Positions 55,752 to 64,000 of a DNA stretch of 64,000 nt are shown here, one piece after another. The position numbers and the translations under genes are program-made. Where the stretch lies: positions 142,305 through 206,304 of the forward strand of contig CAZXCI010000001.1 in NCBI GenBank assembly GCA_964639285.1. Reading direction: 5' to 3'. Numbering within the stretch: the stretch's first letter is position 1; each line of letters opens with the position of its first letter. The notes under the pieces were generated by a model. It had not been told where the DNA came from. It searched no databases and worked only from the letters and a program-made list of their open reading frames with translations. The DNA is from an uncultured Candidatus Saccharibacteria bacterium (GTDB taxonomy: Bacteria; Patescibacteriota; Minisyncoccia; Phycocordibacterales; XYD1-FULL-46-19).

Positions 55752-57107
55752 TTAAAAACTGCCAAAATCTCCCTTTTCAATATCTGAAAAACTGGTGCGG
55801 GCGGAGTCGAAATAAAGTTCGGCTTTCCCGGTTGGGCCGTTGCGGTGTTTCTCAATGAGAATCTCGGTAATACTCTTCTTCTCATTAGTATCTTCATCTT
55901 TCTCTCGATGGATGAAGAGGACGACGTCGGCGTCCTGCTCAATCGAACCAGAGTCGCGGAGGTCCGAGAGACGGGGTCGACCGCCACGTTGCTCGACGGC
56001 GCGGTTGAGCTGGGAGAGAGCAAGAACGGGGACATCAATCTCGCGGGCCAGAGCCTTAAGTGAACGAGAGACTTCGGTGATTTGCTGGACGAGGGAGTCT
56101 GTCTCCTTGCGGGGGACCATGAGTTGTAAGTAGTCGACAATGATTAAGCCTAGTCCGTGTTCGGTCTTAAGTTTGCGGGCCTCCGACTTCATACGCAAAA
56201 TATTGTTTGATGGTTCATCGTCAATGAAGATGGGAGCTTGAGCAAGGGAGTCCATCGCATCACGTAAACGAGCGAAGTCCTCGTCGGCGCGGACAGCGCC
56301 AGTGCGCAATTTCCACGAATCGACAAAACTCTCGGCGGCGAGCAGGCGGTCGGTTAATTGTTGGGTGCTCATTTCGAGAGAAAAGATACAGGTGGGAACT
56401 TTGTTGCGACAAGCGGCATGACGGGCAATATCTAGAGCCAAAGAAGTTTTACCCATCGATGGTCGAGCGGCCAAGATAATGAGGTCAGACTTTTGTAACC
56501 CGGCCAATTTGCTATCAATATCACGGAAGCCGGTGGAGACACCGCGAAGAGAGCCGTCAGTCTTGCTTAAGTGGTCGAAGCGTTCCCAAGCTTCAGAGAG
56601 AGCCTCTTTGATGTTAGTAACTTTCTTGTTGGCATAGGATCCAAGATTAAAAATAATTTTTTGGGCGCGGTCTAAGATATCGGTGACATCTTCGTGTTCA
56701 CGATAACCCAGTTCGGAGATCTGATCGGCTGAACTAATGAGTCCGCGGAGAGCTGCCTTCTTGTGAACTAATTCGGCGTAGTGCCTGATATTAGAAGCAG
56801 AGGGAACTTTGTTAGCCAGTTCGGCAATATAACTAGAGCCGCCCACACTCTCTAATTGCCCTAGATCCTTAAGCTTAGATGAAACCGAGACAAGGTCTAC
56901 TGGTTGACCGACATCTGAGAGGTCGAGCATGGCATGATAAATCTTCTGATTACGGGTGGAGTAAAAATCTTCAGGTTTTAAGAAATCAGCAATCTCGCCC
57001 AGGACCTTGGGGCTAATCATAATTGATCCGAGCAGAGCTTGCTCGGCATCACCGTCATTGGGGGGGATTCTCAATTTTGTGTTAGTAAAAGCCGGCTTGG
57101 TAGGCAT
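55752..57107 (-). CDS. dnaB: replicative DNA helicase DnaB
   Basis: N-terminal domain (LGSIMISPKVLGEI), Walker A ARPSMGKTSLALDIA, RecA-like motifs. Confidence 0.9.
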   Translation of the reverse strand: MPTKPAFTNTKLRIPPNDGDAEQALLGSIMISPKVLGEIADFLKPEDFYSTRNQKIYHAMLDLSDVGQPVDLVSVSSKLKDLGQLESVGGSSYIAELANKVPSASNIRHYAELVHKKAALRGLISSADQISELGYREHEDVTDILDRAQKIIFNLGSYANKKVTNIKEALSEAWERFDHLSKTDGSLRGVSTGFRDIDSKLAGLQKSDLIILAARPSMGKTSLALDIARHAACRNKVPTCIFSLEMSTQQLTDRLLAAESFVDSWKLRTGAVRADEDFARLRDAMDSLAQAPIFIDDEPSNNILRMKSEARKLKTEHGLGLIIVDYLQLMVPRKETDSLVQQITEVSRSLKALAREIDVPVLALSQLNRAVEQRGGRPRLSDLRDSGSIEQDADVVLFIHREKDEDTNEKKSITEILIEKHRNGPTGKAELYFDSARTSFSDIEKGDFGSF

Positions 57108-57204
57108 GCTCTTATTCTACCATAGGGCGAAACTTAAAAGAAAAGCCCCAAAATCGCATAATTACCAGCAATTTGGGGACAAAAAGTGTACAAGCTGTTT
57201 CCAT

Positions 57205-58464
57205 TTAGGCTAATTTAAGCCCCAAAACTTGGTCGAATTTGCTGATGAGGTCGAGCTTTTGGGCGGGGGAGAGATCTTTGGCTGAGAGTACAGATTGAAG
57301 TGAGGCGAGGGCGGAGGCGGTGTTGAGAGAGGAGATTTTTGTGGTGAAGTTGGAGAGAAAAATTTCTTGAGCTTCCCGAGGAGAGACCTCGGCCTGCCCG
57401 CAATGCTTTGTAACGCAAGGCAGGCGGGGCTCACTAGAGGACTCACCTCCGGAAGCTTGGGCTTCGTCGGCAATTTGGGCAATTTTCTTCTTCAAATTAT
57501 CATAACCCTTCTGGGCGGCTTCGAGGGACTCCCAAGTAAAATTAACTTTTTGTTTGTAATTTGTCTGGAGGAGAAGGTAACGGTAGGCGAGGGGATTGTA
57601 GCCCTTTTTCTCTAAATCTTCTAAGGTAAAAATATTGCCTAAAGATTTGCTCATCTTTTTGTTGTCGACAAGGATGTGCTCGGAGTGGAGCCAAGTCTCG
57701 ACAAATTTGTGACCAGTGAGCGCCTCACTCTGAGCAATCTCGTTGGTATGGTGGGGGAAAATTAAATCGACACCACCGGTATGGATATCGGTCACCTCGC
57801 CTTTGAAGGCGATCTCGTTGATCGCCGAGCACTCAATATGCCAACCGGGCCGGCCTTCGCCTAAGACGGGATGGGGCCAGAAGATGTTGGCGTCACCTAC
57901 TTCGTGCGCCTTCCAAAGAGCAAAATCGCTCAAATTATCTTTCTCATACTCGTCTACCTTAACCCGCGCCCCAATCTTCTTCCCCTCTAAGAATTTCTCC
58001 CCAACTAGTTCACCATAATGGCCAAAGTCTTGTTGGTATTTCTCGATGTTGAAGTAGGTGCTCCCGTCCTCAGCCTTATAAGCATAGCCTTTATCAATTA
58101 GTTTAACGATGAAGTTTTGAATTTGGGGAATAACGTCGCTAACCTTAAGAAGTTCTATCTCAGAAACAGAGACATTTAATTTTTCTAAATCTTGGAGAAA
58201 TATCTTAGTGTATCTCTCTGTATATTTTTTTAAATCCTCCGTCCCAGTTTCTTGGCCAAATTCTTCGATAGTGTTACGAATAGTTTTGTCGTCAATGTCG
58301 GTGATGTTCATTGCCCATTTAGGGCTTCGTCCTTCAAATTTTTTGGACCGAAAGACAAGATCGGCGAAAACGTAAGATCGCAGATTGCCAATATGGGCCA
58401 TATTATAAACGGTTGGCCCGCAGGTGTATAAGTTGAGAGCAGATTTTTGGGGGTTTAGATCCAT
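57205..58464 (-). CDS. cysS: cysteine--tRNA ligase
   Basis: HIGN and KMSKS motifs; N-terminal CGPTVY. Confidence 0.9.
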   Translation of the reverse strand: MDLNPQKSALNLYTCGPTVYNMAHIGNLRSYVFADLVFRSKKFEGRSPKWAMNITDIDDKTIRNTIEEFGQETGTEDLKKYTERYTKIFLQDLEKLNVSVSEIELLKVSDVIPQIQNFIVKLIDKGYAYKAEDGSTYFNIEKYQQDFGHYGELVGEKFLEGKKIGARVKVDEYEKDNLSDFALWKAHEVGDANIFWPHPVLGEGRPGWHIECSAINEIAFKGEVTDIHTGGVDLIFPHHTNEIAQSEALTGHKFVETWLHSEHILVDNKKMSKSLGNIFTLEDLEKKGYNPLAYRYLLLQTNYKQKVNFTWESLEAAQKGYDNLKKKIAQIADEAQASGGESSSEPRLPCVTKHCGQAEVSPREAQEIFLSNFTTKISSLNTASALASLQSVLSAKDLSPAQKLDLISKFDQVLGLKLA

Positions 58465-59441
58465 TTTTTCGCTTTAGCAATGACCGTCATCACGATACCA
58501 GTAATGGCCATTAAAGCTACCGCGATATAGAAGCCGTCGGGGGATTTAATAATCGGCATGTTGACATCGGATCCACTCATGCCGAAGATTGTGCCGATTA
58601 GGGCTACTGGCAAGAAGATGGCCGTGACGGTTGTTAAGGCCATCATGGTGTTATTAGTCTTGATAGAGAGGAGAGATTCATTGGTTGAACGAAGTTCGGA
58701 GAAGTTCTCTCTATTACTATCGACGATATTAGAAATCTTCTCGTACTCCCCAGTAATTGATTGGAGATAATAATTAAATTTTTCTCCATAGAATTCTTTG
58801 GCCGAAACAGACAGAGACTCGAGGATCTCTCGATGAAATTTGAGAGACCACTTGAAGTCGAGAAGACAGCGATTAAGACCAGAAAGGGATTTGATCATCT
58901 CAGCTTCTTGGCCGGAAAAAATTTTCTGCTCTGCTCGTTTGAGGCTAGTGTTTATACTATTTAAACCAGTTTCTAGTGATTGATAGAGTTGACGCAGGAT
59001 GTAATAGAAGAGGTGTCCGGCGTGGATATTCTTATCCTTTCTGTTATTGATAAGGCTGGAGCTAGCCTCAAGGATATTTGCAAATTCTTCTAATGGAGGA
59101 ATGTTCTCATAATGGGCGGTGATAAGAAAATCTTTGCCCAGAATAAAATCTACCTCATAGGTGTCGTCGTTGTGCAAATCTTCACCATAATGAGGCTGGC
59201 AGACTTTATCAATAGGGAAGTGGAGGATCAGGTAAATATAATCATCATAGACATCAACCTTAGCCCGGACACTGGGGTTACGTAACTCTTCGCGGACAAG
59301 GGGGTGGATATTATTTTCCTCGCCAAGCTTCGTAACTTCTTCTTTGGTCGGGGCGATGAGGCTAATCCAGGTGATATTCTGATACTTTAATTGTTTGATC
59401 ATTATTGGGTCAATTATAGCTTTTTCGCTGTTTGACCACAA
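58455..59441 (-). CDS. corA: CorA-family magnesium/cobalt transporter
   Basis: cytoplasmic domain plus two C-terminal TM helices with an FGMSGSDVNMP (GMN-like) motif. Confidence 0.75.
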   Translation of the reverse strand: MWSNSEKAIIDPIMIKQLKYQNITWISLIAPTKEEVTKLGEENNIHPLVREELRNPSVRAKVDVYDDYIYLILHFPIDKVCQPHYGEDLHNDDTYEVDFILGKDFLITAHYENIPPLEEFANILEASSSLINNRKDKNIHAGHLFYYILRQLYQSLETGLNSINTSLKRAEQKIFSGQEAEMIKSLSGLNRCLLDFKWSLKFHREILESLSVSAKEFYGEKFNYYLQSITGEYEKISNIVDSNRENFSELRSTNESLLSIKTNNTMMALTTVTAIFLPVALIGTIFGMSGSDVNMPIIKSPDGFYIAVALMAITGIVMTVIAKAKKWI

Positions 59442-59468
59442 GGGGATAGTTTGCGATAATAGAGGGTA

Positions 59469-60713
59469 ATGGTTAATCGCCCACCTGCCAAATTTGTTGT
59501 TTGGCTTATTATATTTGTTACTTTGGTCGTCACCTTTAATCTTGGCAGTTATTGGGGTGAATCCAAATCTCTTAGCCAGAGGATGGCGACAAATATCGTT
59601 GGGCAGGAAACGGGCGAACCAGAAGGAGTTGACTTTTCTCCTTTTTGGAAAGCTTGGAATCTAATCAACGAAAGATATATCGTTGATAATGGCAATAGTC
59701 GCAGTACGACAACTAAAGTTGTAACTAACCAAGATAAAGTTTGGGGGGCGGTCGGTGGTTTGGCTGATTCTCTTGGAGACCCTTACTCTGTTTTCTTGCC
59801 ACCAGAAAAGAAGAAACGTTTTGAAGAAGATATCCAAGGTAATTTTAGTGGCGTGGGAATGGAGGTGGGGATTAAAGATGAAACTCTCACGGTGATCTCT
59901 CCTTTGCCTAATTCACCAGCTCAAAGGGCTGGAGTTAAGGCTGGCGATAAGATTATTAAGATTGATGAGACAATTACGATGGGACTCTCAGCTGACGAAG
60001 GAGTTAATCTCATTCGGGGGGATCAAGGGACGACCGTTCGCTTGACTTTGGTTCGAGGGCAAGGAGAACAATTCGAAATTTCGATCGTTCGCGATGTGAT
60101 AAATATCCCAGTGATTGAGACAAAGAAATTAGAAGGCAATATTTTTGAAATTCGACTCTTCAGTTTCTCGGCAACTTCACCTAACCTGTTCCGTGATGCT
60201 TTGCGTCAATTTGTTGAATCGGGCTCAGACAAATTAATTATCGATTTGCGGGGTAACCCGGGTGGTTTCCTTGATGCGTCTGTTAGCATGGCGAGCTGGT
60301 TCTTGCCAGCGGGGAAGCCAGTGGTCATTGAGAAGCATGGCGGGAAGACTGAGGATAAAATTTATCGCAGCCAGGGTTATGATATCTTTTCTGACAATCT
60401 TAAGATGGTAATTCTGATTGATCGTGGAAGTGCCTCAGCCTCAGAGATTCTCGCTGGAGCTCTGTCTGAATATGGTAAAGCGATTTTAGTAGGGGAGAAG
60501 ACCTTCGGCAAGGGTTCGGTCCAAGAACTTATACCGGTGACGAGCGATAGCTCTCTCAAGCTGACAATTGCTAAGTGGTATACGCCGAAGGGCCATTCAA
60601 TCTCAAACAATGGCCTGGTTCCCGATATTCTTGTATCGGTAACTGAAGATGATATTAAAAATTTGCATGATCCTCAATTGGCCAAAGCTATTGAAATTTT
60701 GAAGAATAAATAA
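59469..60713 (+). CDS. ctpA: carboxyl-terminal processing protease (S41, Ctp/Prc-like) with PDZ domain
   Basis: PDZ (GVKAGDKIIKID) and the S41 catalytic region DLRGNPGGFLD. Confidence 0.85.
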   Translation: MVNRPPAKFVVWLIIFVTLVVTFNLGSYWGESKSLSQRMATNIVGQETGEPEGVDFSPFWKAWNLINERYIVDNGNSRSTTTKVVTNQDKVWGAVGGLADSLGDPYSVFLPPEKKKRFEEDIQGNFSGVGMEVGIKDETLTVISPLPNSPAQRAGVKAGDKIIKIDETITMGLSADEGVNLIRGDQGTTVRLTLVRGQGEQFEISIVRDVINIPVIETKKLEGNIFEIRLFSFSATSPNLFRDALRQFVESGSDKLIIDLRGNPGGFLDASVSMASWFLPAGKPVVIEKHGGKTEDKIYRSQGYDIFSDNLKMVILIDRGSASASEILAGALSEYGKAILVGEKTFGKGSVQELIPVTSDSSLKLTIAKWYTPKGHSISNNGLVPDILVSVTEDDIKNLHDPQLAKAIEILKNK

Positions 60714-60741
60714 ATTATTAAACTAATAAATTTCTAACAGA

Positions 60742-61182
60742 ATGAAAATAATCTTACTCCAAGATGTTGCCAAAGTGGGACGCAAAAATGAGATCAAAGA
60801 GGTTAATGATGGCTTTGCCCGCAATTTCTTGTTAGGGCAGGGGAGAGCGATCATGGCCACTCCGGCTAATGTCGCTCGGATTGAGGGTCTCAAGCAGGGT
60901 AAGGTGGCCGAACAGGGTAAGGTTGTCTCTTCGGCTCAACAACTATTCGAAACTTTGGGTGATAAGGCAGTAGAGATTAAAGCGAAGGCGAGTCCGGAGG
61001 GGCATCTCTTTGCCGCTCTGCATGCCAAAGATATAATTGCTGAAGTTAAAAAACAGTACGACCTAGATCTGGCTGAACATATTATCGACTTACCTAAACC
61101 GATCAAACAATTGGGTGAACACAAAATCGCCCTTCGATTGGGCGATCGCGACGTGCCTCTTAAGATTTCTCTAACGTCTTAG
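60742..61182 (+). CDS. rplI: 50S ribosomal protein L9
   Basis: [21 protein letters not shown]. Confidence 0.9.
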   Translation: MKIILLQDVAKVGRKNEIKEVNDGFARNFLLGQGRAIMATPANVARIEGLKQGKVAEQGKVVSSAQQLFETLGDKAVEIKAKASPEGHLFAALHAKDIIAEVKKQYDLDLAEHIIDLPKPIKQLGEHKIALRLGDRDVPLKISLTS

Positions 61183-61466
61183 TGAGACTCAACAGGGTAA
61201 ACTTCTACTGTTGACTTAGTCAACACCGTACCGTCGAAGCCAAGCTTACGTTTGGTGCCGAATTTTACTATACCATCAATACGAGAAGAGATGGTGTGGT
61301 CTTTGCCGAGAAGGGTATTCTTGCCGGGCATGATCTTAGTGCCTCGTTGGCGAACGATAATACTCCCTGGCTTGGCCGTCTGGCCGTCAGCAAGCTTTGT
61401 CCCGAGATATTTTGGTTGGGAATCACGTAGGTTTTTTGCAGTACCCCCTGCTTTTCTATGTGCCAT
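61179..61466 (-). CDS. rpmA: 50S ribosomal protein L27
   Basis: [12 protein letters not shown]...[11 protein letters not shown]. Confidence 0.9.
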   Translation of the reverse strand: MAHRKAGGTAKNLRDSQPKYLGTKLADGQTAKPGSIIVRQRGTKIMPGKNTLLGKDHTISSRIDGIVKFGTKRKLGFDGTVLTKSTVEVYPVESH

Positions 61467-61485
61467 ATTGGTATAATATTAACTG

Positions 61486-61675
61486 TATGAGTATAAAGGA
61501 TTTAATTGAAAAAGGCAAGGTTTATCCGTCCTTGGTGCGGGTTTATGAGAAGGAATTATTTGTGGCCCTGCTTGTTGTCCTGGTGGCCCTTCTGGCTTTC
61601 GGTCTGGGACGCTTGTCGCGTCTTGAGGCAGACAAACAGCCTATCCAAATAGAAAATGCCGTCCCAGTAACTTAG
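61486..61675 (+). CDS. hypothetical small membrane protein (63 aa)
   Basis: internal Met of ORF 61397..61675 (the longer form overlaps rpmA on the other strand); one TM. Confidence 0.3.
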
Positions 61676-61702
61676 GGACGGCATAAAAGTGTTAAGAGCT
61701 TA

Positions 61703-61868
61703 TTAGTTGTTTTGCCTGGAGAGAACGGCTTTCAGAGTTTCCCCTCCGCAGGTCATCCATCCTCGGGGCTTATTTTCTTTTTTTTTCTTCCTGAGTTTTT
61801 CTTTGGCAATTTCAGCAAGGCTCTTTTGGGGGACGGGGGAGTCTTTCCTCTTCTTCTTTCTCGACATC
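61703..61868 (-). CDS. candidate small, highly basic protein (55 aa: MSRKKKRKDSPVPQKSLAEIAKEKLRKKKKENKPRGWMTCGGETLKAVLSRQNN); not in the supplied ORF track
   Basis: my own translation of the minus strand; the plus-strand ORFs here are low-complexity Phe-rich. Confidence 0.25.
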
Positions 61869-62011
61869 TTTTTTTCTTCCTTTTTTTAGGAACAACACAT
61901 CCTGAACCATCCATAGTTCAGGGTCAAAATATCCAAAAATAAGTATATCGCAAAATAAGACGAATTGTCAAATTTGTAAAGGATATTTCGGGGGAGGGCT
62001 TTTGATCCCTC

Positions 62012-62020
62012 TGTGGATAA
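62012..62020 (-). promoter_or_regulatory. perfect DnaA box (TGTGGATAA)
   Basis: exact 9-mer; the third copy in the window. Confidence 0.35.
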
Positions 62021-62239
62021 CTATTAGGTATGTCGCACAACATAGATTTTGCGACATGGTGCTCCTAGGGAAACCCGCCGAGGTGAGTCCTCAAGTGAGC
62101 CCGAGGTCTCTCCCCGGCACTTCCCCACTACTGGCAAAAAAATTCTCTGAATTAATTTAATTAAAAATATTTCCCGCTCACTTCTCCGTCAACCCATCAC
62201 TAAATTTCTAACTAATAAATTACCAATTAATCCAAAAAC

Positions 62240-62283
62240 TCGTCTAATGCCAGATGGCACTAAACGAGTTTTTGGATTTTTTT
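62240..62283. terminator. 12-bp perfect hairpin terminator (CCAAAAACTCGT-N20-ACGAGTTTTTGG) downstream of the SLT gene
   Basis: read from the sequence; T-run on the plus side, A/T-rich on the minus side. Confidence 0.65.
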
Positions 62284-62310
62284 AGATTTGGTTTAGATAG
62301 GCCTAAATGA

Positions 62311-62763
62311 TTAGGCGGTCTCTTTGCCCCAACAGGGCTTGCTCCAGTTCCAGTGCCGATTACCCTCTTTTTTCATCAACCACATGGCATATTCGATATT
62401 GCCTTCAGTGGTGTGAATGTCGAGGCTTAAGGCCTGGCTTTGGCTCAAGTGCCATTTCTTGTTGATTTGGAAGACTCCAACATCAGCGGGATTCTGCTTC
62501 CCGTGGAGGACGTCGCCATCCTCATTGTATTGTCTAAGGTTGCTTTCGCAATTAGCAATACGGAGGGCGGTGTCGGTATGGATTCCATACTCAACACTTT
62601 TGTTGATAATCTGATCATAGACCTTGGCACTAACAGTGCTTTCTGGTCGTTTGACCGAATAAGTTTGAACCACTTGAGGTTTCTCAAACTGATCGGTGAT
62701 TATCGGGTTAAGAGCTAAGGCTGGTCCAGAAGTTGAACCGGCCGTAATAATGAGGCTTGCCAA
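62311..62763 (-). CDS. lytic-transglycosylase-like (SLT-domain, Rpf-like) secreted protein
   Basis: signal peptide; ALRIANCESNLRQYN...GKQNPADVGVFQINKKWH resembles the SLT E-S...Q...GxxQ core. Confidence 0.6.
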   Translation of the reverse strand: MASLIITAGSTSGPALALNPIITDQFEKPQVVQTYSVKRPESTVSAKVYDQIINKSVEYGIHTDTALRIANCESNLRQYNEDGDVLHGKQNPADVGVFQINKKWHLSQSQALSLDIHTTEGNIEYAMWLMKKEGNRHWNWSKPCWGKETA

Positions 62764-62999
62764 GCCTATTTGTAGGGTTTGTAAAATAAGTCAATTTAAA
62801 AACTACCTATCGCTTTTGGGCCAACAACAGCCTAGCGGTAAATAGTCACATAAAGCACCTTTTTTTCTTAATTTCGACGGTGCTTGTCTGACGACAAGCG
62901 AATCCTACTAAACTTAAACTCTCGTGTACTTCTTACTCTTGACAATAGTAGGATCTATGTAGTCTAGCATAAGAGGGATAATAAGTCAAGCAAAAACTC

Positions 63000-63018
63000 C
63001 GCTAAAAGCGGAGTAGAT
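63000..63018 (-). terminator. terminator hairpin (ACTCCGCTAAAAGCGGAGT) downstream of ORF 63061..63306
   Basis: followed on the minus strand by TTTTTG. Confidence 0.5.
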
Positions 63019-63060
63019 TAATAAAAAACCTATATTTTGCAACGTATTTTTGATGAATAG

Positions 63061-63306
63061 CTATTTGTCAAAAAGGGAGCTTGCCTTGTCCCAAATGGGA
63101 CCAATCGCCCCAGAGAGGTATTGTTGGTATAAAGCGGAGAGCCAATCCCAAGCCTTGAGGATCATTTGCCAAACGTAGCTAAAATTGGCCCGGCCGGTCT
63201 CGGACTCGGCAATTTTTTGGATATTAATGCCCAAGTAACTAAGAATTATGATTACTGCGATAATTAAAATTATTAATTTTATGATACCAGCTTGATTTGT
63301 TTTCAT
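63061..63306 (-). CDS. hypothetical small membrane protein (81 aa)
   Basis: start taken at the internal Met preceding the TM helix; the longer ORF overlaps the M23 gene. Confidence 0.35.
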   Translation of the reverse strand: MKTNQAGIIKLIILIIAVIIILSYLGINIQKIAESETGRANFSYVWQMILKAWDWLSALYQQYLSGAIGPIWDKASSLFDK

Positions 63307-63352
63307 AAGTTTTATATTTATAAAGTTAATTATAACAAATAATCCGTAAGCA

Positions 63353-64000
63353 TCATAGATAATTGAGTGGATTAAGGTAGGCGTTGTAAGAAGCAATTGG
63401 TAAGGTGTAGGTACCACAGCCCGCTACCTTGCTCTTGAGGGAGCTAATCTTAACTCCGCCTGAAGCATAGAGGCCAAAGTGGAGGTGGGGGCCGGTCGAG
63501 TAGCCTGTATTTCCTGAGAGGGCGATTGTTTCCCCCCTCGTTACTCGTTGATTGGCATCGACCTTGATTACTGAGAGATGGGCATATAAGGTGGAGAGAC
63601 CATTGTCGTGTTTAATCAATATCCATTTGCCTAAGGAGGCACCTTGGCAAGTTTTGTCAGTGTCTCCTGCCCCAACAACGGTGCCGTTTTCAGCTGAGTA
63701 GACTTGGGTCCCAAGATTAGCTGCTAAATCTATACCATTGTGCCCTTTGCCACTATAGACAGATTGATGGCTCTGGGCAAAAGCTGTGTTGCCGAAGCCT
63801 TGGGTAATGGTATGTTTCAAGAGGGGCCAACCAATGGTACCTGTCCCAGTGCTTGGCAATTTGCTTGGATCAAGGGCGTATTTTAGTTCAGCTTCGGCCT
63901 TGGCAATCTCAGCTTCGACCTCTTGCCTCTTCTTTTTTCTGTCGGCCAGGAGTTCTTGGTAGGCTGACTCCTTACTCTTAGTTTTGGTCAGTAGAGTATC
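63353..64000 (-). CDS. M23 family peptidase (LytM-like) with N-terminal coiled coil; partial, continues beyond the window end
   Basis: HNGIDLAANLGTQVYSAENGTVV and GNTGYSTGPHLHF (HxGxD and HxH motifs); the frame stays open upstream to coordinate 64000. Confidence 0.8.
   Translation of the reverse strand, partial: DTLLTKTKSKESAYQELLADRKKKRQEVEAEIAKAEAELKYALDPSKLPSTGTGTIGWPLLKHTITQGFGNTAFAQSHQSVYSGKGHNGIDLAANLGTQVYSAENGTVVGAGDTDKTCQGASLGKWILIKHDNGLSTLYAHLSVIKVDANQRVTRGETIALSGNTGYSTGPHLHFGLYASGGVKISSLKSKVAGCGTYTLPIASYNAYLNPLNYL

Noticed and set aside
61707-61942. Plus-strand ORFs 61707..61889 and 61712..61942
   Set aside because: Low-complexity poly-Phe/Leu translations of a T-rich stretch; the opposite strand gives a more plausible small basic protein.
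62764-63000. ydaO-type c-di-AMP riboswitch in the long leader of the SLT hydrolase gene
   Set aside because: The leader has several hairpins but lacks the paired GGGGA/ACGGG-type conserved blocks and pseudo-two-fold symmetry I would expect. It may be just a structured 5' UTR.

Overview
This 64-kb window comes from a mid/low-GC bacterium (about 36-50 % GC depending on the block) whose gene content resembles a small-genome, possibly CPR/Patescibacteria-like, lineage. Evidence for that is many short housekeeping proteins, an RRM-type RNA-binding protein, two MreB paralogues, few Shine-Dalgarno sequences, and many TGnTATAAT extended -10 boxes close to start codons (leaderless-type starts). I recognised several housekeeping blocks: rsgA; uppP-gpmA / eno; cdaA-hpf; priA-def-fmt; mreB-holB-like-frr-rseP-proS-mreB2-mreC-mreD-mrdA-greA-lysS; a partial dcw cluster (mraZ-rsmH-ftsL-ftsI-murF); two glycosyltransferases; rmuC; rplU; recR-dnaB-cysS-corA; ctpA; rplI; rpmA; and cell-wall hydrolases (GH18, lytic-transglycosylase-like SLT domain, M23). 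tRNA-Asn(GTT) lies on the minus strand at 8921..8992 and tRNA-Glu(CTC) on the plus strand at 50645..50719. An ECF sigma / anti-sigma / DUF5666 / MacAB-type ABC efflux / VanY module spans 9.1-15.5 kb. The most unusual part is 3.4-9 kb, immediately next to tRNA-Asn: a same-strand array of hypothetical, mostly secreted, proteins. Each has a near-identical promoter (TTTTTGATATAATT) and a conserved 3' flanking element, and the intergenic spaces are filled with several small repeat families. Two families of short GC-rich hairpin elements recur elsewhere in the window, sitting inside the loops of otherwise perfect inverted repeats or terminators. That pattern suggests miniature mobile elements that target hairpins, or a protein-binding repeat family. 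Other candidates are a roughly 200-nt GC-rich structured RNA (3186..3388), a roughly 115-nt promoter-plus-terminator sRNA unit (15568..15682), three perfect DnaA boxes, a PriA homologue without Walker A and DExH motifs, and a 190-aa protein made of about 20 tandem heptapeptide repeats. I saw no CRISPR array, rRNA, transposase or integrase.
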